The notes below the pieces were generated by a model that made no database searches, was not told the DNA's origin, and saw only the letters and a program-made list of their open reading frames with translations. From assembly GCA_965648905.1 (NCBI GenBank), contig CBFGIT010000006.1, positions 32,001-96,000 on the forward strand: a DNA stretch of 64,000 bases. The letters are read 5' to 3'. The DNA comes from a candidate division WOR-3 bacterium (GTDB lineage: Bacteria; Hydrothermota; Tepidihabitantia; Tepidihabitantales; Tepidihabitantaceae). Shown here one piece after another: positions 1 through 8,437 of this stretch (within the stretch, counting starts at the first letter, position 1; the number at the start of each line of letters is the position of its first letter). The position numbers were made by a program, and so were the translations under genes.

Positions 1-2
1 AA

Positions 3-344
3 CTGCTTTCGTGCTGCGGGCTGGTGTGCAATGAGTGTCCGGCCTATGTTGCCCGCAAGCGGGGCGACGACACAATCCGGCGCGAGGCTGCGGCCACCTG
101 GTCTGAACTTTACGGCGCTGATATCAAGCCCGAAGACATTAACTGTGACGGCTGCACGGCACCGCTCGGCGTGCACTTCTCATTCTGGCATGAGTGTCCG
201 GTCCGCCCCTGCTGCCTTAGTCACGGTATCGACAACTGCGGGCTCTGCCCTGACTATCCCTGCGACCAGCTCAACGAACTGCACGAACTCGCCCCATCGG
301 CCCGGCTCAATCTCGACGAAGTTCGGGCCCGGCTCGAACAATAG
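3..344 (+). CDS. Cys-rich DUF3795-like protein, 5' end lies outside the window
   Basis: Frame is open from base 3 (LLSCCGLVCNECPA). It contains CDGC, CPVRPCC and NCGLCPDYPC motifs typical of DUF3795. Confidence 0.8.
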   Translation: MLSCCGLVCNECPAYVARKRGDDTIRREAAATWSELYGADIKPEDINCDGCTAPLGVHFSFWHECPVRPCCLSHGIDNCGLCPDYPCDQLNELHELAPSARLNLDEVRARLEQ

Positions 345-396
345 CAGGTCGGAATCAACGCTGCCTTGCTCTGGTAGATGGTGTCATCCGGCAGGC

Positions 397-426
397 TTGA
401 CCCCGCTTCGGTCCGGAGAGTATAAT
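397..426 (+). promoter_or_regulatory. sigma70-like promoter of the DOMON gene
   Basis: TTGACC-N18-TATAAT, followed by an AAGGAG RBS before ATG 465. Confidence 0.65.
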
Positions 427-464
427 TTGGCTTTGGAACTGCAACTGCAAAAGGAGTAGACCAC

Positions 465-1103
465 ATGCGATTACACCTCACCCTGGCCCTGCTGCTCGCA
501 AGTACCCTGGGTCCGGCCCAGCCGGTCCCGCTCGTGCCTTACGACCCGAACATGGAAGACCGGGTGAGTGTCGACGGTTTCGTTGACCTCGAAGACGAGG
601 AGTACCCCGGGTTCTTTGTCGACAAGGCCTCAGGCCTCACGGTTCACTGGGGCTACGACGACAGCCTGCTCTACGTCGCGCTTGAGACCAAAGGCAAGGG
701 CTGGCTGGCCATCGGGTTCGGCTCGGCCAAGATGCACGAGTCGAACATGTTCATCGGCTTCTATACTGATGATTCGGCCGAGGTCTACAACCACGTCGGC
801 GCGAACTACACCCACGGCCCGACTCAGGCCAAGGACAGCAGTGAAGTTGATTGGGACTGGGACATCGACTTCGACGATGAAACCGGCGTGACGACGATGG
901 AGTTCTCCTATCCGCTGAGGTTCCCGGCCTACCCCGGACTGGCGATTCCCGGGCTTGTGCCTGACGATACCTATGACCTGATTCTGGCCCAGAACACCAA
1001 GTCAATCTCACTTGCGGCCAAGCACACCCACAAGTCGGTCCTCAAGTTCCGCACCGCACCCAAGCCCGTTCCTGCGGCACCGGCCGAGAGCAAGGAGAAG
1101 TAG
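465..1103 (+). CDS. Secreted DOMON-domain protein
   Basis: Signal peptide, GWLAIGF and DMFIG-like (NMFIG) DOMON motifs, C-terminal His (KHTHK). Confidence 0.75.
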   Translation: MRLHLTLALLLASTLGPAQPVPLVPYDPNMEDRVSVDGFVDLEDEEYPGFFVDKASGLTVHWGYDDSLLYVALETKGKGWLAIGFGSAKMHESNMFIGFYTDDSAEVYNHVGANYTHGPTQAKDSSEVDWDWDIDFDDETGVTTMEFSYPLRFPAYPGLAIPGLVPDDTYDLILAQNTKSISLAAKHTHKSVLKFRTAPKPVPAAPAESKEK

Positions 1104-1132
1104 CCAGCCCTGCCGACCGTCCTGCTCCCGGG

Positions 1133-1160
1133 TTGACTTCTGTCAACCGGCCGGTATTGT
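1133..1160 (+). promoter_or_regulatory. sigma70-like promoter of the PPIase operon, overlapped by a palindrome
   Basis: TTGACT-N16-TATTGT, 10 nt before ATG 1171. GGTTGAC-TTCT-GTCAACC (1131-1148) covers the -35. Confidence 0.5.
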
Positions 1161-1170
1161 CTAGTTTCAC

Positions 1171-2493
1171 ATGCGCACTTCAGTGTTACTATTGATTGCC
1201 CTGTTCGCCGCCTGCGCGGGCCCGGACCGGCAGAACGTCGCGGTCGTCAACGGCGAGCCGGTCACCGCGGCCGAACTGGCTTCCAGTCTGCCGCTCGGAA
1301 TAGATTCAGGCCAGAGTCTTGATTCGGTCCGCCGCCAGGTGCTCGACAAGTACATCAGCAAGAAACTGCTGGTCCAGGAAGCACTGAGACAAGGGCTCGA
1401 CAAGGCCATCCGCTATCGATTGGAGCTCGAAGAACGGTCGCTGGTCAATCAGGAGCTCTACAATGACGTGGTCGAGTCCGGTAACCGACTGAGCGACCTT
1501 GAGGTTCAGAACTCGTACAAGCTCCTCAAGACCGAGGCTCATGTCAAACGAATCGTTGTCCGGGCCGAGACCCTGGCGCATCGGATTGCCCGCGAGTTCC
1601 AGGCCGGGGTACCGTTCGAGAGTCTGGCGGTGCGCTACTCGGTGCACCCGTCAGGCCCGGCCGGCGGCGATATGGGTTACGTTTCCCCTTTTCACATCGA
1701 CGAACCGGTCCGTTCGGTTGTCCTGGGACTGAAACCGGGCCAGCTCTCTGAGCCGATTCGGACCGGCGACGAATACGAGCTCGTGCTTCTGTCCGATACC
1801 AGACCCAGCGAAAAACCAGTTCCGCCCCTGGGCGAGTTCCGTCAGGAGCTTGAGTTCCGACTCAAGCAGCAGCGCCGCCGCGACCTGGCAACCGAATTCC
1901 TGGCCAACCTGCGCAGCCGGCTCGAGTTCAACCCTGCCGGACTCGACATTCTGTGCCGGCCGGTCGACTCCATCACCGAAGCAGAAAAGGAAGTCCCGGT
2001 TGCGGTCAAGGACGGCAGCAAGTACGTCAAGGTCGGACGGCTGCTTCACGTTGCGGCCCGGTTCCCGCCCGCGCTCGACACGGCCATGCGCCACTACGCC
2101 ATCAAGCGGGAGGTCGAGGAGGACCTGCTCTACGAGGAAGCCCGCAGCCGTGGTCTGGACCGGAAGCCCGAGGTGACCCGAGCCCTGGAGCGCCGGCGTG
2201 CCGACCTGCTCTATGAGGCGCTGTACAAACAGGAAGTCGCAGACCGGGTTGAGGTCACGGACGCCGCGGTTTTCGACTACTGGCGGACCCACCGTGACAA
2301 GTTCCCCGACCCGGACTCAAACGCGGTCGTCGGCCTGATTCGCAACCGGCTGCAGGCCGAGCTGCGCGATATGCGGTTACAAGAGTATCTGGCCGGGCTG
2401 CGTTCCCGGGCGCGTATCGAGGTCAATGAACGACTATTGGCCACCGTTCGCCGGGACAGCCTGAAGCCGACTCGGGTCAGGGGCAGGAGATGA
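1171..2493 (+). CDS. PpiC/parvulin-type peptidyl-prolyl isomerase lipoprotein
   Basis: Lipobox FAAC, VAVVNGEPVT SurA-N-like start, FESLAVRYS..GGDMG rotamase motif. Confidence 0.85.
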   Translation: MRTSVLLLIALFAACAGPDRQNVAVVNGEPVTAAELASSLPLGIDSGQSLDSVRRQVLDKYISKKLLVQEALRQGLDKAIRYRLELEERSLVNQELYNDVVESGNRLSDLEVQNSYKLLKTEAHVKRIVVRAETLAHRIAREFQAGVPFESLAVRYSVHPSGPAGGDMGYVSPFHIDEPVRSVVLGLKPGQLSEPIRTGDEYELVLLSDTRPSEKPVPPLGEFRQELEFRLKQQRRRDLATEFLANLRSRLEFNPAGLDILCRPVDSITEAEKEVPVAVKDGSKYVKVGRLLHVAARFPPALDTAMRHYAIKREVEEDLLYEEARSRGLDRKPEVTRALERRRADLLYEALYKQEVADRVEVTDAAVFDYWRTHRDKFPDPDSNAVVGLIRNRLQAELRDMRLQEYLAGLRSRARIEVNERLLATVRRDSLKPTRVRGRR

Positions 2494-2540
2494 AGCCGAC
2501 CAGCACGCCCGGAGACGAAAGGCCCGGGCAAGGAGGAACA

Positions 2541-3437
2541 GTGCAAGAAGCCACATACCGAACGCGACCTGCGGCAATCATCAGTTACCTTTTCGGCGTC
2601 GCCGCTTTGGCCGTGGCCGCCTGGTTCGCAGGCTGCGGCAGCCAGAATGACCGTCTGCCCGGTTCGGGCGGCCCGGTCCTGGCTCAGGTCAATACCGACC
2701 GGCTGACCAAGGCTGACCTGGACAGCCTTGCGCCCGAAGGGTACGAGTTCGACGAGACCAACCTGCGCCAGATTCTCGACAAGTGGGTCTCCAATTCGCT
2801 GATGTACCAGGAAGCGCTCAGCCGGGGTCTGAACAAGCGCCCGTCAGTCATCAGACACATGAAGCGGCTCGAACGAGACTACCTTGTTAACGAACTGCTT
2901 GAAGAGGTGACCGCTGACGCCCGGGTCGGGGTCACCGACGTGATGGCCTACTACAACCAGCACAAGGACGAGTTCAGCTACGAAGTGAAGATTCAGCGCA
3001 TCATCGTTCCCGACTCGATGATGGCGGTACAGACGCTGGCCGACATCAAGGCCGGGGGCGATTTCACCAAGCTGGCCAAAGAACGCTCCCGCGACATGCT
3101 GCTTGAGGGCGGGCAGGAGTCGCGCTACTTTGCCCGGGACGTGGGCGACCCGCGGATGGGAGGTGACCCGCACCTGGCCGAAGTCATCTTTGCCCTTGCA
3201 CCCGGACAGGTCTCGGACGTTGTCCGGACCCAGGAAGGCTACCAGATTGTGAAGCTGGTCGACCGCAAGAAGGTGAAGGCCGAGACCAGTCTGGCCGATG
3301 TCAAAGACCAGATTGAGGCCGTGCTCAACTACCGGCGTAGTCAGGCGATCGTTGACAGTATCCTGTCCGAGCTGCGGGCCCGAGCCAAGATTGAAATCAA
3401 GCCCGACGCCTACTTTGCCGAGCCCGGCCGCAAGTAG
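2541..3437 (+). CDS. PpiC-type peptidyl-prolyl isomerase lipoprotein
   Basis: Lipobox FAGC, DFTKLAKERS and GQVSDVVRTQEGYQIVK motifs. Start moved to GTG 2541 after an AGGAGG RBS. Confidence 0.85.
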   Translation: MQEATYRTRPAAIISYLFGVAALAVAAWFAGCGSQNDRLPGSGGPVLAQVNTDRLTKADLDSLAPEGYEFDETNLRQILDKWVSNSLMYQEALSRGLNKRPSVIRHMKRLERDYLVNELLEEVTADARVGVTDVMAYYNQHKDEFSYEVKIQRIIVPDSMMAVQTLADIKAGGDFTKLAKERSRDMLLEGGQESRYFARDVGDPRMGGDPHLAEVIFALAPGQVSDVVRTQEGYQIVKLVDRKKVKAETSLADVKDQIEAVLNYRRSQAIVDSILSELRARAKIEIKPDAYFAEPGRK

Positions 3438-3457
3438 CCGCTATCGGGTTTCTGCCT

Positions 3458-4741
3458 TTGACTCGCCTCCTGGGTCTGTTCGTTCCGGCTGTTGCTCTGG
3501 TCTTGGTCCTGCCGGCCACGCTTCCGGCGGCACCGGCGGACAGCCTTGTTGCCGTTGTCGGCGAGCAGGTGATTCTGGCCGGCGAGCTTGAGCAGGCGGT
3601 TGACTTCCTCCGAATCGCTGACCCGGACACAACCAGGTCCGACTCCGCACTCCGCGCCGACGTACTCCAGCGGATGATTGACGACCTGCTCCTGCAGGAG
3701 CAGGCTCGGAAAGAGACCATCGACGTCGCCAACGCCGAGGTTCAGGCCGAGGTCGAGGCGAGCATCGCGGCACTGGTCGAACGGTTCGGCGGCGAAGACC
3801 GGTTCAAGCAGGCGCTGGCTGAAGAAGGGCTGACTGAGCGAATCCTGCGCCAGCGCTACACCGACGAAGCCCGCCGTAAACTGATTGCCCGTCGACTGAT
3901 GGATAAAGAGGGTCTGACCCAAATCTACATTTCGCCGACCGAGGCCGAGCGATTCTATGGCGAGCACCGCGATTCGATCGCCTTTGTACCTGGCCGGGTC
4001 CGGCTCGCACACATCCTCATCACCATCACGCCCGGCCCGGTGGCCGAATCACTGGGCCAGCGCCGGATCAGTGAGGTGCTCGATGTCCTGGCCCGGGGCG
4101 GCGATTTCGCGGTAGTCGCCGGCTCGTTCTCTGAAGACAGAAAGACTGCGGCCAAAGGCGGCGACTGGGGCTGGGCCAGGCTGACCGAGCTGCCCCAGGA
4201 GTTCGCGCTCGTGCTCAGCCAGCTCAAGCCCGGCCAGATTTCGCCGCCGTTCCGGACGCTTGACGGCTATGTCACACTCCGGCTCGAAAGCCGGGCCGGG
4301 GACCGGGTCCGCTTCCGCTCGATCCTTATCCGCGTTCCGGTCACCCGCAACGACACAATCTGGGCCCGACGTGAGGCCGAGGCAATCCGTGCCCGGGCCG
4401 CAGGCGGGGCAGCCTTCGACTCGCTCGCCCGCGCGCACTCCGGCGACCCGGTTACCGCTGATTCGGGCGGTTACCTCGGTGAGTTCCTGGTTGCCGGTTT
4501 GACTCCGCCGTTCGACTCGGTCGTAGCTCGTCTTGACTCGGGTGACGTGAGTCAACCGGTTCTCTCTGACCACGGCTTCCACATCATCAAGGTCCTGGCC
4601 CGGCAGCCGGAACGGATGATGTCCTATCTTGAGATGCAGGACGGCATCCGAAACTACCTGTACCAGCAGAAACTGGCCGAGCGGCTCCGGTCCTATCTGA
4701 ACCGTATCGCCGACCGGGTCTTTGTACGCCGCTTCAGCTAA
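3458..4741 (+). CDS. surA: SurA-like periplasmic chaperone/PPIase
   Basis: Signal peptide, DSLVAVVG SurA-N domain and two parvulin domains (FAVVAGSFSED..GGDWG; FDSLARAHS..GGYLG..GFHIIK). Confidence 0.85.
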   Translation: MTRLLGLFVPAVALVLVLPATLPAAPADSLVAVVGEQVILAGELEQAVDFLRIADPDTTRSDSALRADVLQRMIDDLLLQEQARKETIDVANAEVQAEVEASIAALVERFGGEDRFKQALAEEGLTERILRQRYTDEARRKLIARRLMDKEGLTQIYISPTEAERFYGEHRDSIAFVPGRVRLAHILITITPGPVAESLGQRRISEVLDVLARGGDFAVVAGSFSEDRKTAAKGGDWGWARLTELPQEFALVLSQLKPGQISPPFRTLDGYVTLRLESRAGDRVRFRSILIRVPVTRNDTIWARREAEAIRARAAGGAAFDSLARAHSGDPVTADSGGYLGEFLVAGLTPPFDSVVARLDSGDVSQPVLSDHGFHIIKVLARQPERMMSYLEMQDGIRNYLYQQKLAERLRSYLNRIADRVFVRRFS

Positions 4742-4760
4742 CTTCTTCCCTGCCGGCAGG

Positions 4761-4789
4761 TTGACAGGCCGGCCATCAAGACCGATAAT
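4761..4789 (+). promoter_or_regulatory. sigma70-like promoter
   Basis: TTGACA-N17-GATAAT, 16 nt upstream of ATG 4806. Confidence 0.6.
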
Positions 4790-4805
4790 CTGGTGGTAGA
4801 CTGCC

Positions 4806-6371
4806 ATGCGGTGCATTCTGGTTCTGCTGTCTCTGGCTGCGGCCCGGCCGCCAGCCGACTACCTCATCGTCACCCCGGCCCGGCTTGCGCCCGGGTTTGA
4901 GCAGCTCGTCCACTGGAAGACGCGCAAAGGGCTCTGGACCGAACTCGTGCCCATCGAGACCGTGCTTGCCCGGTCACCAGGCCGGGACCGGGCCGAGCAA
5001 CTGCGCAATTTCATCTGTCGCTGGCACGACAGCCTCGGCACGAGCCGGGTGCTACTGGCCGGTGACACCGCGGCCGTGCCCACGCGCATGGCCGCAACTC
5101 CGGGCAACCTCACCGAACTCTCGCCCTGCGACATGTATTTTTCAGACCTCGACCGCGACTGGGACGCCAACGGTAACGGCCGATTCGGCGAAGAGGCGGA
5201 CAGCGTTGACATGTACGCCGATGTTGACGTGGGCCGGGTGGTTGTCAGCGACACGGCACAGGCTCGTGCAGTCGTGGGCAAGTGGCTTGAGTTCGAGCTT
5301 GGGCCTGAGCCCGGCTACCTGAGAAGACTGCTGATGGCCGGGGATTCGCTCAGCCTCACGCTGCCCACCGGCTGGCTTGTCGGCCGGCTCTCCAGTCCGC
5401 CGGCTCGTCAGGAACTCCCGGAATCACTCAACTCCGGATACCAGTTTGTCTCTCATGTCGGCCACTCTGACGGCACAATGCTTCTGGTCGGCACTCAGGT
5501 CGTGCTCGACCTGGCCGATGTCTACAACCTGCAGAACCGCAGCCGGCTCAACGTTTTCCTCACGGTCGGGTCCCAGGCCGGAGCCGTTGACCGGCCGAGC
5601 ATCGGCACTGCTCTGCTTGCCCAGCCGGATGCGGGCAGCATTGCGGTGCTGGCCAACTCACGGGCCGGCTGGCTTGGTCGGAGCGAAATGCTCAGCCACC
5701 TGTTTCTTGCCCGGTTCTTCGCCACCGATACTCTGTACGAGATTGGCCGGAACTTTTCCTGTGCCAGGAACAGCTATGTGCCGCTGGCTCGGACCGACCG
5801 CTACTGGCGTCAGACTCTCTATGTGTGGCACCTGCTGGGCGAGCCGAACCTGCCCTGCTGGAAAGATACGGCCCGAACCTTCGATGTCACCCACCCGGTT
5901 GTACTTGACACCGGGCTTCAGGACTTCCCGGTTGAAGTGCGGTCAGGTGGAGTACCGGCTCGGGCATTCGTCTGCCTCTGGCAGGAGGACCAGGTTTACG
6001 AACGCTGCTGGATTCAGGGCAGCGGGAGTATCACGATTTACCCGCGTGTGCCGGGCGAACTGCTGGTCACGGTCACCGGCCCTGACCATCGCCCTTACCT
6101 GGGCAGTTGTGGTATTGCTACTGCCAGTGCTGAGCCGCGCGCGAGCAGACCGACGCGGTGTCTCTGTCTGCCGAGCCGAGCCGGTGTCGTTGTTCAGGCC
6201 AGCCAGCCGGCAGAGGTCAGAGTCTTCGATGCTCTGGGCCGCTGCGAGCGGCATTGGATGTGTCTGAAACCAGACGCGCGGCAGGAACTGTCGCTGCGGC
6301 CCGGACTCAAGTTCATCGTCTTCAGCACCACAGACGGCTCTTTCTGTCGCAAGGTCGCAGTCCTGAGATAG
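4806..6371 (+). CDS. Peptidase C25 (gingipain-like) homologue, no propeptide, catalytic Cys replaced by Ser, degenerate T9SS-like CTD
   Basis: DYLIVT, VLLAGD, CDMYFSDLD..WDANGNG.FGE, VGR, GH and LLGEP motifs. C-terminal VFDALGR...RKVAVLR. Confidence 0.85.
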   Translation: MRCILVLLSLAAARPPADYLIVTPARLAPGFEQLVHWKTRKGLWTELVPIETVLARSPGRDRAEQLRNFICRWHDSLGTSRVLLAGDTAAVPTRMAATPGNLTELSPCDMYFSDLDRDWDANGNGRFGEEADSVDMYADVDVGRVVVSDTAQARAVVGKWLEFELGPEPGYLRRLLMAGDSLSLTLPTGWLVGRLSSPPARQELPESLNSGYQFVSHVGHSDGTMLLVGTQVVLDLADVYNLQNRSRLNVFLTVGSQAGAVDRPSIGTALLAQPDAGSIAVLANSRAGWLGRSEMLSHLFLARFFATDTLYEIGRNFSCARNSYVPLARTDRYWRQTLYVWHLLGEPNLPCWKDTARTFDVTHPVVLDTGLQDFPVEVRSGGVPARAFVCLWQEDQVYERCWIQGSGSITIYPRVPGELLVTVTGPDHRPYLGSCGIATASAEPRASRPTRCLCLPSRAGVVVQASQPAEVRVFDALGRCERHWMCLKPDARQELSLRPGLKFIVFSTTDGSFCRKVAVLR

Positions 6372-6822
6372 GCCCGGGCCCTTGTCCGGCTTGTACGCTG
6401 AGGCCTGGCTTCATGCTTCTAACTCCATCGCAAGAAGGTCTGCGTTCTCGGCCGACCGGACAGCTTCCTAAGTTACGTATTGCTGAGGTTTAGGGCCTGA
6501 GGCCGTGTCTTAAGTCCGGCTTCGGCCCCGGTATCAGAAGCGACTCCGGGAACCACTCCCCCTGCCAGCTCGATCAGCAGACTCGAGAACAGGATGCCAT
6601 CTGCTTGGCTCGGCGGTCCCACTCGCGAGCAGGACAGCGTGATGCGGGCTACACTAGACAGCGAGGACAGCAGCAGGCGCATGAACGTTGGGACATGCAG
6701 GCTGGCGGCCGTGCCGGACTCCGCGTTGAACTTCAGACCTGTTGCCAGGTTCGACAGCACTGGTCAGGCCAGCATCCGGGACGAGGTGACGGCCAGGCGC
6801 GAGCCAGCAATCCCGGTTGCCG

Positions 6823-7626
6823 CTACGGATGACTGACAACTGACAGAAGAGCTTGAGACAAACCGAAGAACGACTCGGGCACAAGGTTTTCAGCCCGCTG
6901 GTTCGGTGCGACGCCACAAGCGGTCAGCACCAGAAGAGCCTGCTTCTTGCTCAGGTCGAATCCGACTGCAAGGTTGTTGAGCATGGTCTTGCGCCGTTGG
7001 CTGAAGCAGACCTTGACTACGCGCCTGAACCACGCCTCATCCTGTACTGCAAACAACGGTTTTTCCCGCCGGGTGATTCTGATTGCGGTCGAGACTACGT
7101 CGGGTCTTGGTTTGAACCGGTTCGGCTCGATGTTGAACAGCCGCTCGCGCTCGGTGAGGCGTTCGAACAGCACGGTCGGTACGCCGTAGGCTCTCCTGCC
7201 CGGTTGAGCCAGCAGCCGCTGAGCAAACTCACGCTGGACCGTGACCACCGCGCTGGCCCATGTGTCGATGTAGTCAAGCAGGCGGAATAGCATCTGGGAG
7301 GCGAGGTTATAGGGCAGGTTTCCCATAACCTTCAGACCGCAGCCGGGCCTGAGGTCATAAGTCATGAAGTCGGCGTGAACCAGCTCGAATCTGGGGCTGG
7401 CTCCGAAGGCTGCCGCAAGGCCGGCGGCCAGCCGCTCGTCAAGCTCGACCGCAATGACCCTGGCGCCGGTGTGAATCAGACGGCTGGTGAGAATCCCCTT
7501 GCCCGGCCCGATTTCGAGCACCGTGTCGAGCGGGCCGGCCCCAAGCGCGGCGACCAGCGCGTCCGCAGTCGGCTCGTGCGTGAGGAAGCACTGGCCAAGG
7601 CCTTTGCGTGGTCGGACGTGTTTCAA
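6823..7626 (-). CDS. rsmA: 16S rRNA m6,2A dimethyltransferase
   Basis: LGQCFL, VLEIGPGKG, GNLPYN, FKPRPDVVS, FSQRRKT and RAENL motifs. Start moved to TTG 7626, after the tatD stop. Confidence 0.93.
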   Translation of the reverse strand: MKHVRPRKGLGQCFLTHEPTADALVAALGAGPLDTVLEIGPGKGILTSRLIHTGARVIAVELDERLAAGLAAAFGASPRFELVHADFMTYDLRPGCGLKVMGNLPYNLASQMLFRLLDYIDTWASAVVTVQREFAQRLLAQPGRRAYGVPTVLFERLTERERLFNIEPNRFKPRPDVVSTAIRITRREKPLFAVQDEAWFRRVVKVCFSQRRKTMLNNLAVGFDLSKKQALLVLTACGVAPNQRAENLVPESFFGLSQALLSVVSHP

Positions 7627-7643
7627 GGGGCGAGGAATCGAGG

Positions 7644-8435
7644 CTAGATACGATAGCAGCGGCGGGCGTTGTCCGAAAGCACAAGGGACAGGGCCTTGGC
7701 ATCCTCGGAAAGGACCCGAGCCAGTGCCTGTACCGTCAGCCTGATGTGCGCCGGCTCGCACCGGTTTCCCCGTTCCGGTATCGGGGCCAGGTAGGGCGCG
7801 TCGGTTTCAACCATCAGCCGGTCTTTGGGGAATCCACGCAGGATGTCGAACAGCTTGGTCTCGCCATAGGTGATATTGCCGGCGACCGAGATGAACAGCC
7901 CCTTTTCCGCTGCCCACTCTGCGGTCTTTCGGTCCCCCGAGAAGCAGTGCAGCACCCCGGCATAGTGGCCGTGTTCGTCAACTATCGCCCGGGCCCGGCC
8001 GGCAGCGTCGCGGATATGGATGACCATCGGCATGTCAATCATCCGGGCCAGTTCAATCTGGGCGTGGAATGCGGTCTCCTGATTCGACCGAGACGAGATA
8101 TTGCGGAAGAAGTCGAGTCCGATTTCCCCGATTGCCTTGACTTTCGGGTCGATGCACATGTCTTTCAGAGTTTGGACGTCCATCGGGCGGAATCGGTCTG
8201 CCTCGTGCGGATGCACGCCGATAGCACAGTAGACATCGGGCCGCTGTCGGCAGAGCGCGACCGCCTGCTTGCTGTCCGGCACGCTCTGGCTTGCCGTCAT
8301 GATGCCCTGGACACCGGCCTGCTGGGCCCGTTTGAGCACGACCGTAAGGTCGCCGGCAAACTGCCCGTCAGTCAGATGACAATGGGAGTCGAAGAACCGC
8401 AGGCCGTCATCATCCGCTCGGACGCGCCGTGCCAT
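7644..8435 (-). CDS. tatD: TatD family hydrolase
   Basis: DSHCH, GVHPH, IGEIGLD, IHIRDA, LHCFSG and ETDAPYL motifs. Confidence 0.95.
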   Translation of the reverse strand: MARRVRADDDGLRFFDSHCHLTDGQFAGDLTVVLKRAQQAGVQGIMTASQSVPDSKQAVALCRQRPDVYCAIGVHPHEADRFRPMDVQTLKDMCIDPKVKAIGEIGLDFFRNISSRSNQETAFHAQIELARMIDMPMVIHIRDAAGRARAIVDEHGHYAGVLHCFSGDRKTAEWAAEKGLFISVAGNITYGETKLFDILRGFPKDRLMVETDAPYLAPIPERGNRCEPAHIRLTVQALARVLSEDAKALSLVLSDNARRCYRI

Positions 8436-8437
8436 GA

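Noticed and set aside
184..198. FWHEC in the DUF3795 protein as a lost Cys ligand or recoding site
   Set aside because: The codon is TGG, not TGA. A single substitution or sequencing error cannot be judged without an alignment.
6372..6822. 450-nt gap between the C25 homologue and rsmA as an ncRNA or gene
   Set aside because: No RNase P, tmRNA, SRP or 6S hallmark was seen, and the short ORFs have no recognisable motif. It may be a decayed gene, but I cannot support that.
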